Shown: piece after piece, positions 1 through 11,370 of the stretch | How the letters are laid out: each line of letters opens with the position of its first letter | Position numbering within the stretch: the stretch's first letter is position 1 | Source of the DNA: Folioceros fuciformis | Taxonomy: Eukaryota | NCBI GenBank assembly: GCA_049999805.1 | Contig: JBNGIO010006379.1 | Span: 713,414 to 777,413, forward strand | Reading direction: 5' to 3' | Length of the DNA stretch: 64,000 bases | The notes under the pieces: model-generated | What the model was told of the DNA's origin: nothing | Databases searched by the model: none | The model's input: only the letters and a program-made list of their open reading frames with translations | Translations under genes and position numbers: made by a program

Positions 1-777
1 CACCTTTCTACTTTTAACTTTCACCTTATTTCACTTATGCCATTACTTCAGGTCCATTTGAGATACAGGAGTGATTAGCGTTTCACTCAATGAACAAAAT
101 TCAATTATTTTGAATGAGAAGGGCATAGCGCTTCACATTCATGATAGAGCCCACACATAGCTGCATTCTACGTCATTGAGCTCCATCATGACAAAAGGAC
201 TCCTAAAAGAAGAGCATGAGTCGAGTAAAGTCAATTACACTACAGTGTAAGAAAGGGCCAAAAACGAGAAGTAGAATGGAGGGAAGGTGGACTGTTCACT
301 CTTAGCAAATCAAAGCACCCATAAGATCTGAGGGATTCCGCTGTATAGTTAGTATGAGGAAATTTAGGGCAACAGCGGGTTGCAGCAAGAACTGTTTATC
401 AAGGTTGTTGGATGAAGGACGAAGACGCGGTAATTCACAACCTGTTCAGCCTGCTCTCATCTGAGAGCTTGGCAAAGCCAGACACAGCAGGCCATGCAGA
501 GGGTGCCGCATAAGAAAGTTGGACTGGGCGCGGGTTGTGAAACAAAAGGTCATCTGTCCCTTAAAAAGGAAGCTTTAACATCATTCAACAAATTATGTTA
601 GTCCCGATCTGGGAAATGGCACCACCAACGCATGGCTCCAGCTCCTCATGTTGTTACGAGGCACTAGCTGGAAATGTTTTATCAATCCTGCAATAAGGGG
701 GCCAAACACCATGCAGTTTGCAGGGAATATGACAACGCGAGTCCACAACTGACTTCTTCTGGTATCTTATTCTGATA

Positions 778-2394
778 TCAATATATGGCTGATCCAGCCG
801 GAGGCTCTATGCACGAACGACTGTGCACAGCCCAAGCTTCCTGACCGCATGTGTGGCAAGGCTGAAGGACTAGCTGCCTGTTGGGTTCCTGTGCCCTCCC
901 ATTCCCATTCACACCCGGTCTGTATTCTGTTCCAATGTCTTCAACAGCACCACCGTGTTGACCAACTGAATTGGACAGCTCAAGTTCCTGGCTAACAGCT
1001 TGGGGCACTAATATCTCGCCCGACTTTACCCACTGTTCGACTGCCACCAGCTGCCTATCAGAGAAGAGTGCATCACCACAAGTGGTGGCAGCTGCAGATG
1101 TCTGAACAAGTTCGGCCCCGGAAGCTGATATAGGAGGCTCCTGATGTGTGGATATGGTGGCCGAAGATGCTGTCCCTGCCACAGTAGTGCCAAGACCTGT
1201 CTGGACATTCGAAACCTCAATAGAACCTTGCGTAGTGGCCTTCTGTGCAGCAATACGAATCCTTTCTGCTCGAGATCCAATAACCTGTCCTAGGATTGCT
1301 GATGCAATTGTGAAGATCATTGCATATTTTGGCATAATGACAGCCTTTCTCAACATAGCAACGAAAGGGACGGACGCATGAACCGCTACAAACCAAGAAG
1401 GTGAAAACTTCTGCGTATGTTCCCTCCAAACACCTAGCGGTATATTGACTGCCATTCCCAAAGCACCAATTGCAAGTACCTTCGTTGGAAGTGCTTGAGG
1501 CCTCAAAGACTTCACCGCTGGCGTCCTTGCTAACGCAGCTCGCGCAGCAACAATAGCAGGGGGACACTTATACTTAAAACCTGCGGGAGGTTGCAGCATC
1601 TTTGCCACAAGCGGCAGCACCCCAGTGACGGCACGATATGACTTGGCGATAGGACAATTACCAGAGGCCAGCCATTCACTGCCGAGAGCTTCATGTGGTT
1701 TAGCCGCCTGCATATACCCCCTCCCCAGTATCAGTAGAAAAAACCAAAGGTTACCAGCAATACAAAACACTCATTTCGTCCAAGAGCCTCACATTCGAGG
1801 TGCGTTCGGAATCAGCTGGCTTCTTCTCTGAGGGCTGCTTCTGCTTCGCATTCTTAGCCTTGCCTTTCCCCATGAAGGCGTCAAAGCTGAAGGGCCCTCC
1901 ACCTCCAAACGCTGAGAGGCTGATCGACGCTGCAGACGAGGCCAAGGGATGATACCTAACACAGACCGCAGACGGCACATCGGAGGAGGGCTCATAAGAG
2001 CGTCTCCCTTCCACAGAACCTGCATCTGTCAACGGAACCACTCCCCCGCGTCCATGAAAAATTCTGAACATCGCATCGAATGACGGTCCATCCTCAAAAA
2101 TTGGACCCCGCAAAACTGACTGCGCAACACGAAACACGGTCAGACGAGTCACACACGCTGCCGACACCCCAGTGCCAGGCAACTAACAACACCCGAGCAA
2201 CTTACAGAGGCAGGAGCCTTAAACGACGTCAGACCAAAGGCGGTCGGCTTCTCGATATTCCTCAAGAAAGGGCATTTCTGCACGGCTTGCATCACAACCG
2301 ACCGCTCCATGGGACAGGTCTCCCCTGACATGAGCGCCATCCTACCACAGAGAGCCGAGTCAATCTGGACCACATCAAGTTCCTTCCAGGGCAT
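778..2394 (-). CDS. NHR2: Conserved plant protein of the At4g25030/At5g45410 (NHR2) family, 3 exons (~2394-2206, 2119-1793, 1707-778)
   Basis: Family motifs CPFLRNI.KPT, GPIFEDGPSFD.MFRIFHG..GVVPL, HEALG.EWL.SGNCPIAKSYRA, NIPLGVWREHT.KFSPSWFVAVHA. GT-AG introns join the three ORF pieces in frame. Start may be 2394 or 2340. Confidence 0.85.
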
Positions 2395-3275
2395 CACAAC
2401 AAGAGATCCACGGATCCGGGCATTGCACGGGAGACTTACACCAAATTCACACGTCTTAGGTGACGTTCCCGGCAAAGAAAAATGAGCTGTCGGCCACGAA
2501 GGTCTTGAGTGGAATCGGCTGGATACACCGATGGAGCAGATCCGTGCGATCTCGCGGAGGCGAAGCAAGGCGAGGGAAGGAGACAAATGCGGCGGAAAAA
2601 GACTTGTGCGGCCCGATGAAGGATATGCCCCCAGGGTCTCTGAGACCGTGCTGCGAACGTGCCTACGATACGTACCCCAAGTGGGCTTTCACCTCCCCGA
2701 CTCGTTTCGGTAGGTAGGTCCGCACTTGTGTCCAAATGGCTTAGTCCAATAGATACAAGAAATCTGGGATTAAGCATCCTGAGCTCAGATCGGCTAGGTA
2801 TAGCCTGGTTGTTATGTACCAAATCCCGCGGAAAAGGAAAGTGGAGACTTTATAAGGTATTTTTGTTTTTGTAGTAAAGCCCACGAAGATCGACGGGAGT
2901 CGGGAGTCGGGGTCGTGAAGTGACTCCGGGCCTCCGGTTGTCGGGTTTACGTTACCCGGGTAGTGCGCGCCCTCCAGGTGGCCCGGCCCGTCTAGCAGGA
3001 CCTGGAGCAGGCAGTAGTATTGATGGACAGCTGTGAAGGTACGAGCGATGGCCAGGAAGGATGCCAGAGAAAGCAAGCACCAGGGACGGGAATTGTGCAC
3101 CAGCTATAGCTTCGTATGTGGAGCGTGAAACGGGTGGAAGGAGTCGGTTCCGGAATCGACTTGGATTCTCTTGCTATTGACAGGACCGAGGCGATCCGAG
3201 GTCGGAGCTAAGGCACAAGCAGCTGTGAAGTTGGGCAGCTGGTAGGGGAACAAGCAGTTAGAGGAGCTTGGGAGG

Positions 3276-4359
3276 ATGGGGTCTAACGATGATATCGCCC
3301 TCTCATTTGATGCAGCTCCTGGGATGTCAATGCCAACGCACAGGCGGGGGTACGGTGTGCAACCAGGTTACCAAAGCCAGCCTCCATTCAGACAACCGCC
3401 ACCGCCTTCGAATATGAATATGAGAGCAGGACAAGGCCTAGGCCCTGGATCGGGGCTAGGCCCTGGCCCCGGCCATACCTCAGGATTGCAGTTTCTTCCC
3501 TTCGATCTGAGCTCCTCGTCAACCTCCGGCAGTATGCTGCCTCCTAGGGTTGCTTATGGAGCTCCGGGGTACAACGCTTTTGATGACGAACCTCCGCTTC
3601 TCGAAGGTGCCTTTCTCGCTTTGCTTCTCACTTGTGATTGGAATTTCGTTGTTTCGCAAGACTGCTCGTGCGGTGGTAGGTGGAGGTGAAGAGTAGGGAT
3701 TGTGCTTGTAAACCCATGGGAGTTCACGCCGTCAGTGTCACCTGTTTTGGCAGAGCTTGGGATTGATATACCTCAGATATTTAGGAGAACACTGGCAGTT
3801 CTGAACCCCTTGCGGGTGAATGCCGATCTGCACGAGGAGGCTGATCTCTCCGGGCCATTTATTTTCTTGTGTCTCTTTGGATTTTTCCAATTTCTTGCTC
3901 AAAAATTCCACATGGGGGTGATCATTGGCTGGAGCACGATGGGAGCTATGTTTCTCTACGTAGTCTTTAACATGTTGGCTGGGAGGAATGGTAGTTTGGA
4001 TTTTCACCGCTGCTTCAGCCTGATTGGTTACTGTCTTGTGCCGATGGTGGTGTACTCGGCCTTGGCTATCTTTCTTCCTGTCGGGTAAGCTTGCAGCTTC
4101 GTGCCAACGACTACTTCAGAACTCTGAATGTGGACTCTTGCTGATATATTCTTCTGGTGCCTGGCATTTCAGGGCAGTAAGGGGCGTGTTGGCTGCAATC
4201 GCAGTCTTGTGGTGCACGAGAGCCTGCACTAGTTTGCTAGTTGTGCTTGTACCACACGCAGATGAACATAGATCCCTTGTGGCTTACGCGTGTGCTCTCA
4301 TATACACTGCGTTTGCGCTTCTGGTGGTTTTCCGGGAAAGAGTTCACACAGGCAGTTAG
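3276..4359 (+). CDS. YIP1: Yip1-domain (YIPF5/7-like) Golgi/ER membrane protein, exons 3276-3606, 3754-4084, 4173-4359
   Basis: FDDEPPLLEELGID and DLSGP motifs followed by several hydrophobic helices; canonical GT-AG introns in frame. Confidence 0.9.
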
Positions 4360-4710
4360 GTCAGTCGATCTGAAAGTCCTTTCATCTCTGCTGTGATCTT
4401 CCCTGATTGCTGTCCGTCTTAGAACTGTACATTGTTGTCTTATCCTTCATAGCTGCCATCAAGAAAGAGGAGTAAGATGATGTGCCCCTGAAGACGACAA
4501 CCCGTAATGTCCAGGGGATGGTCTTGTATGACCCTAGGAGGTGGAAGTTTTATTACGTGAGTTAACAGCAATTTTGTCATCCCAGAACCGTTTTGCATCG
4601 AGCAACATGTTGTGGCAGAGGAGCACAACAAGTTCGTGCTGTTCAATGAGTGGTAAAGGTTTCAGCGGAAATTGTTCACGTCCGCACGGAACGAATTGTG
4701 CAGTGCAGTC

Positions 4711-6561
4711 TTAGAAACTGCCTCCAGATCTTTCAAAGTCACGCTCCAAGGGACCGAGTTTTTCCGCCTCCTGCCACTGTCAGGAAGCATGTGATGTTAG
4801 TGACATCACGTAATAATATTTCCGTCGAAAACATAAAATCGTAAGGCTCATCTGCAGGGTCACCTGGAAGCTTGGCTTTGAGAGAATTTCTCGTTTTAGG
4901 GAGTCCAGATCGTCGTTAACATTAACGTCGTCTTCCAGCTTGTCAAACTGCAAACAGTGGCATCACGAGCGTTATCTCGATGCGGGACGAGGCCAGCTTC
5001 CAAACAGTTTGCTGAATCCAAAATACCTTTGTGGAAAGATCGTCTGTTCCCAACTGTGTAATAGCTGCAGCTTCTGCCTCAAGCTTCTCAACTGCAAGTA
5101 CGTCGCTGCAATTCACTTTCTGATATGACCAAGGATAGAGACGAGGAATCGGTCCTGCGCAAAGGACACACCTTTTTCTTCCATCTGACGATAAGCCGCC
5201 ACGGCACTCCGAGTCTCAACTGAACCCAGTACCTCAGCCACATACTTTGAAGTCTTTGCTGTTTGAGCCCTGGATTTCAAAAGGTCCTCCCTACTTCTTG
5301 CCTCCGATATCTTCCTCTCCAACGCCCTTGTACTGGTCATCATCTTGTCAAGGACCGCAGTTTGTTGGTCCAACTGAGATTTCAAGATTCTGACATTCTC
5401 CTTTTTATGTGATACAAATCTTCTCCGTTAGATCGCATAGAGGAAAAGCCATAGTGGGGTCCTACTGAAGCCAAATTATCCCACCTCACAGGTCTTTCGT
5501 CTTCGAAGAGCCTCCTTTGCCAAGTCTTCCTCTCCTGCCTCTAGTGCTCTAGCAGCACGCTTGTACCTGGATATGCTTAACCAGTGTCAACGTATGCAGT
5601 AGTCACCAGTTGGTCCAAATGCTGTAAGGTCACCAGTTGCTCCAAGTGCTTTCAGGAGAAGATTCTGAGTGCAGTTCAATTACCATAAACTACTAGCTTC
5701 CGCAGCGTCTTTGTACTTCTTCTCCGCCGTTTTCTGGGATGCCACCACCTGCACCGTACTTTCTCAGTCGCTGTATCAGCAAAAATTTAAGAGCTGCTGA
5801 ATCTGCTCTCCCCGCTGCTACTCACGAGTGCAGTTGTCTGCTTAAACTTTAGGACGTCTGCAGTCATATCATGGACAGCTTGTTCAATTATCCTCTCTGG
5901 ATCCTCACCCGATCCCAGCAGAGTTTCGACAAAGCTCTGCAGCAAAGACAGCTCAGATTAAGGCAAATGTCACATTCGGAAGTAAGGACAAGGTCGAGAA
6001 GTCGTATTGGTGGAGCATCTTACTCTGACTATCCGTGAAATTCTTGAGAAGATGTTCATCTCTGCGGCCATGGCTCCTCCTTTCCTCATGTCTACGTGTC
6101 GAAGACTCTGGATAACATCCTGCCAACTTCCTGCCAACACTCATCGCTACTAGGTTACAGGAAGTGATGTGAAATGGTGTGCGAGCTCAGTAATAGTGCA
6201 TCCTCAAAACCCACACAGTAGGTAAAGGCTGGGAAGGATCAAGTAATTTGAGTAATTTAAGTAATTTGAACTTAAGTAATTTGAAAGAATGAAGGTCGCT
6301 TCTGAAGAGAAAGTACCATTGCTGGCTCCACGTCCAGGGCCTGAATTCAGTCGGAGGCCACTTGGAGATCCTGCAAACGCATTCCTCCATAATGTCTCCT
6401 TCACAACGGCAGCCCTTTCAGTGTGTCGGTTACCGTTCGAAGAAATTCTCCGGCATACAATTCTGCACAATTTCCCTGAGGCAGCATCCTGATCAACTTG
6501 GAGCAATCCCGGCACAGGCGAACTGTGGGTCACACACTGGACAGCACTAGCAACCGCCATG
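4711..6561 (-). CDS. VIPP1-like: PspA/IM30 family (VIPP1-like) protein with N-terminal transit-peptide-like extension, ~9 exons
   Basis: Spliced reading gives MNIFSRISRIVR|SFVETLLGSGEDPERIIEQAV, WYKRAARALEAGEEDLAKEALRRRK, KSQLDQQ...RAQTAKT, MEEK...LGTDDL. The last exon (WQEAEKLGPLERDFERSGGSF*) is less certain. Confidence 0.85.
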
Positions 6562-6923
6562 TTTTCACCACGAGCACCGAATTGCCAGATAATCCTCTCC
6601 ACTGAAGACCGTGATGCACAATCGACTGCTTCAGGAACTCCAGCTTGTCTGGGTGGTGGAAACGACTGTGCTACACGACTGTGCTTCCCAGGTTAACAGA
6701 GCATAATCCGCTGAACGAGCCTCCAGACTGCAAACGCTGGAAGGAGAATGCCCGGTGTTTCCTCTTCCGAACCTGTCTGAGTACTCAGAACACAGCTTCT
6801 GAGAGAGCGTGCGCAGCAAGCATCGAGTTGGCAGCGTATCATAGCGCCATGTCACACCTACGCGAACCATTGTGGTGATATATAACTCTGGAGCGGAGCT
6901 GTTTACCAGCGTAGTTAATCTGT

Positions 6924-9147
6924 ATGTCAATGGCGCCTGATCTTGTCAAGGCGCGTGACAACTCTGTGCGGTGCATCGTCAAGCTAGGTGCGTCGCTGGT
7001 TCTTTGGGGATATTCATTTTGTTCGTCTCCAGATGTAGGCGAAGAAGAACAACTTTGCAGTCCGCCGTTCAGGGGTGTCATGTCAAGCTATCACGGGAGT
7101 TGGCACCTGGGCTAGCGAGTTGTGTCCATTCGCGGAGTATGATTAACAACCAAGCTTGTGATAACGCTGCAGGGGGAGCTGCGGTTACGGAGAAGGGTGA
7201 ACTAGAGACCGTAAACTGGGCCGTCCTCTCCAATACAGCAAAGCAGATTCGTAATGCCATCGGCTTGTCCGATGAAACGAAGCTCAGGATGGACTGGAGC
7301 AGGGGCAGTGGATCAGAAAATGCGGGGCTTCCTGATGTGGAATCTTGGGACCTTCCTCTGGACATGGCCAAGTTTGTCCTGGTCCACGGTGCAGGTTGGT
7401 GATGTTTTGCCTCTTAAGACATGTTGGGCTAGTCTGATCTTCTCGTGAGAACTCTGAGCTCCTAGGAAAATGGGTGTCGTAGGCTCTTTCGGCCACTTCC
7501 AAGCAAGCAGAGCTAAAGTCAATTTGGGTAATCTTGAAGCCCCATTTGTTAAAGCAGGTTTTGTGGCTACAAGAATATCTGTACGTGCCTGCAGTAGTCC
7601 TTCGTATTTTAATGCCGCATTGAAGTGATTGCACACTTGCAATTCTGCATGCCACATTGCTTTCATGTATGCTGCTGCGTTGTGTGAATGTAGGTGACAA
7701 CCCTTAACCATCAAGTCGTTAGGGCATTTGCCACAGGTGTGCTCTTGAAAACAAAGAAGCATTTGAAGGACTTGATGCACATTTCTACAGAAACTGTCTT
7801 AGCTGGCCTTCGAGCGGCCAGTACCTACATTGACCTCTTTTTTGTTGCAGAGGGTATTCCAGCTGTCAGTCTTTCTCCATTCTCTGGCGGCTGGTCAACT
7901 GCTGCTGGAGAAGTAATACGTGCCACCATCTGAAATGCATGTATAGTTTGGTATGCTTGTTGTTGCCATGCGCTGAGCCGTCTGAAGTAGGACATCCCCT
8001 GGTTTCAGAAGTCATCCATCGTAAGAGGGTTTGTTGATCACCTGTTGCCTAGTGTCGGTTTAGCTACCCAAAAGTCCTAATTAGTTCTGATTGCAGGTCG
8101 AACAGGAAAACACAGCTGCTGTCACGCGAGCCCTCGACTCGGGCCTTTTGCCGGTAGCAGCCGCTTGACATGCCATGCTGCTTACTTTTCGTTCACACAG
8201 GCTTGCCATTCGCTGAACAGATCCTAAATGTGGTACAGATTTTGCATGGAGATGCAGTATTGGACAGCAGTCAGGTGAGGCTTGCATGCATGTTTCTCAT
8301 GTCATCTACAGAATACTCAGCCAAACATGCCCATTGTCTTCCTCAGGGCTGCCGCATTCTCAGTGGTGACATCATTGTTCGTCATTTGGCACTGAGTTTA
8401 AAACCCAGCTATGTGGTTTTCCTTGTATCCTTCCGCTCGATACATGAGATACGATGCCAACCACAACCTTATGTAGAGAGGAAGCCGTGCTGCAAGTTAA
8501 GTGTTTCATCTCTATTGGACTGCCTACCCCTAACATGTTTGAAGACCAACGTACCTGGTGTCTTTGATCGACCTCCATCAGTTCCAGGTGCGGTGTTATT
8601 GAAGGAAATCGGTAAGGAATCCAGAACATCAGGTCCTGGGGGCCATCGGACTTTTTTCAAACACGGGAATGCATGTGCCTTGTAGAAAGAAGTTCGTACC
8701 TGATCTTCTCCTCTGAAGCGTGTGGTGACAGTGGTGAAGGATGGGAATTGGTTGATTATCGATCCTCCTGGGGCAGGAACGGCAGGTATTTCTATTGCCA
8801 TGCTCTTAACATAACAGAAGATAACACGGTTGCGTCATAAGTTCATCCCAAGTTTGTGGCAACCAGTGCAGACCAGTGTGGCAGCACATGACACTACTGG
8901 CGGTATGGCCACCAAAATCGCTGAAGCTGCATCAATAGCGTCCGCTGGCATACCCGTCTTCGTTGTGCAGGTGGTTCCACCTTGCTTCGATGTCGAACGC
9001 AAATTTGAGAAGGCATGAGGAATGATAAGCTCGTTCCTTTACTCTGTGCAGGCTGGGTCTCCACATGCTTTGGAAGCTCTGAAGGGAACGGCTCAAACAA
9101 GCCGGGAGCACTGGGTTGGGACAGTCATTCGACCGAGTCAGCGGTAA
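6924..9147 (+). CDS. IPK: Isopentenyl phosphate kinase (amino-acid kinase fold), multi-exon
   Basis: CIVKLGGAAVT.K, FVLVHGAGSFGHFQAS, ILHGDAVLD, ILSGDII, VFLTNVPGVFDRPP, HDTTGGMATKI motifs; ends WVGTVIRPSQR*. Confidence 0.92.
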
Positions 9148-11370
9148 TAAGAGGCCAGCAGGGTCAGTCACTGGACAAGGGGATAAGGCACATCCCGGAC
9201 AGTCAGCACAGATAAATAGAACAAAGCTCCCGCTTTGGGCACAATCTGCAGCACAGCGTAGCCCAACAGCCGTGAACAGTTCTTAGTATGCTTCAGGTAT
9301 GGTGAAGTTGAGGGCGACAGTTATCATGCTTTGGGCACTGTGAGGTGGAGGATGCCAGTATGCCAGTAGGACGCCTCTTTCTATCAGCGAGCAGCTGCAA
9401 GCATCTACAGCGCTGTTGGGACCAGCCTTGAAGTTTACCTTTGATCTGCAGGTTGTCGGAAAGTGGAGGATCCAAGTCTCCAGTACTCGTGTACCTTCAG
9501 GTCTAAATTTGTAAAAGTGTGTCCTGATGTCCAGGGATGCCATATGTGCACACATGTTAGAACGCAACTAGCATCAAGAGGTAGCCACACACCCTCGACC
9601 CGCTGCAAACACCATGCGTAACGTGCAGGACAGGGTGGCTGCGTCCTTCAAGAAAGCTGCAAGATGCCCTTCCGGTGGTGTGGTGGATCGGCCATTTACT
9701 CACAATCAGCCAGAAATACTCTCCAGAAAGAGGGGAACACGTTCACCCACAAGTTGGCTGCTATTTTAAACAACATGGGTTCTCCATCGCAAAAGAGCAC
9801 ACGCTGGATATGTCACAGCCTCCTCCGACATTCTAACCCTAGAAGCTTCCGTACCGAAGGTCCTGGTGGTGTACCAGACTACTGTACAATGGACAGTCAA
9901 AGAGCAGAACATTCCTCCTGAGTGATTTCTGCCTCCAACCAAGCCCTCATCTTGACGTTTAGCCAGTTCCGAGGACGATGAGCTACTGGTGAGAATTGCC
10001 CTTTATCTGCGAGCTGTAGCTTGGGAGACATTGGCGCGCGGGTTCCCGAGTAACCTGCAGACGAAGACTGATGGGAAACGAGAAAAGAGCTCGTACTAGA
10101 AAGCGGCAAGTAAACGCAACAATGTGCCCTCATCTGCGGGGCTGATGAGAGGCAGCCCAAGTCCATCTGGAATTCAGGATGAGGTGATTCTAGCAGACTT
10201 TAAATCGCCTGCTGGTCTGTCAGACACCGAGGTCCGATTGTCTGAACATGAAAGCAGCGTTGGACATGGTTCAATATGCTATTTCCTCGGGAGACCCGAC
10301 GGTCTCACGGAATCCGAGCCATGGAGATGCTCGGACGCCTTGAGATCGTTGTCACAGTGTGCGGCACCGTGTTCCACGCTGACGCAAGCGCCTTCTTCTT
10401 CTTGACCCGTGGCCCAAACCCTGCCGGCGATCAACCCAGCAACGACGTCTCTCTTCCCCGTCCCCGGTAGTCCCAAGCGAGGTCTTGCTTAGTGCCTCTC
10501 AAACTCAAGTGCCGTGTCTGCAGTGACCGCCTTTGTGATTAGGGTTTACAAGTGAGTTGACAGTCACAAACAACCCCATGAGGTGATTGGACCGGTTTGC
10601 TCCCGTCCCTGGCTCCGGATTCTGCACACTTGCAGAGTGTTTGGCACATCGACAATGCGGCGTCGTGCTTACATGGCAAGGTTGTGAGGATGTGAACTCC
10701 TACAAGCCCTCCGAACTGAGCTGAGCTACTTGCTGTACGATTGAGGTTTGACATGCTCGCTATCCAGTACATCACCAACATGAACGCAAGCTGGGATGGG
10801 ATGGGTCCAACTCTGTGCAGTGTGGACGGTGAAGACAGGGCCAATTGGGCGGGGAGAGGGTCTCCGGGAGGGAGAGAGGATACTGGCCCCACGTGCACCT
10901 CGGGGTTTGGGCCTCGGCAGCTGTAGGATGAGCAGACGGGTGAGATTTCGGCGACCGGCTGATTTGACAGCGGGGAGTGGAACATGAGCGAGCGAACGTA
11001 CACGGGGTGCAATGGTCCAGGTGGGTAGGTGGGCACGGAATGCGTGAGGGTACCACTGTAGGGGAAAAGAACAGATACTAAGTGTACGGGGCGGGAAGGC
11101 CGGCCTGGCTTGGAAGGAAGACAAACGGAATCATACAAATGAGGTACTTGGTGGCGATACAATATGAAAGACCGCGCATGGAAATCCGAGCTGTGCAGAC
11201 TACAGAGAACGGTCTACGGACGCGGCCGCCCCCCTGGGTCTTGCTGAGTCCTGCAAGGTCTGGGAGATTCTCGCTCTAACATGGAAAGTCCCTTGACCCA
11301 ATTCCCCAACCGAATAGTATACGCAGTGAGGAGTGAGGCTCCACTGGGACCTCCCTCCGCTACATAAACG

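Noticed and set aside
2621..2628. Isolated P1BS GGATATGC (also near 5569)
   Set aside because: Single sites are expected by chance about every 4 kb.
5602..5655. 27-bp imperfect tandem duplication
   Set aside because: Intronic, two copies only, no sign of function.
6241..6285. AGTAATTT repeats giving SNYL peptide repeats in the ORF track
   Set aside because: They lie in the predicted first intron of the VIPP1-like gene; simple slippage repeat.
9200..11280. Many short ORFs and a splice-acceptor-like site near 10057 (minus strand)
   Set aside because: No recognisable domain or consistent exon chain; treated as intergenic or a possible lncRNA.
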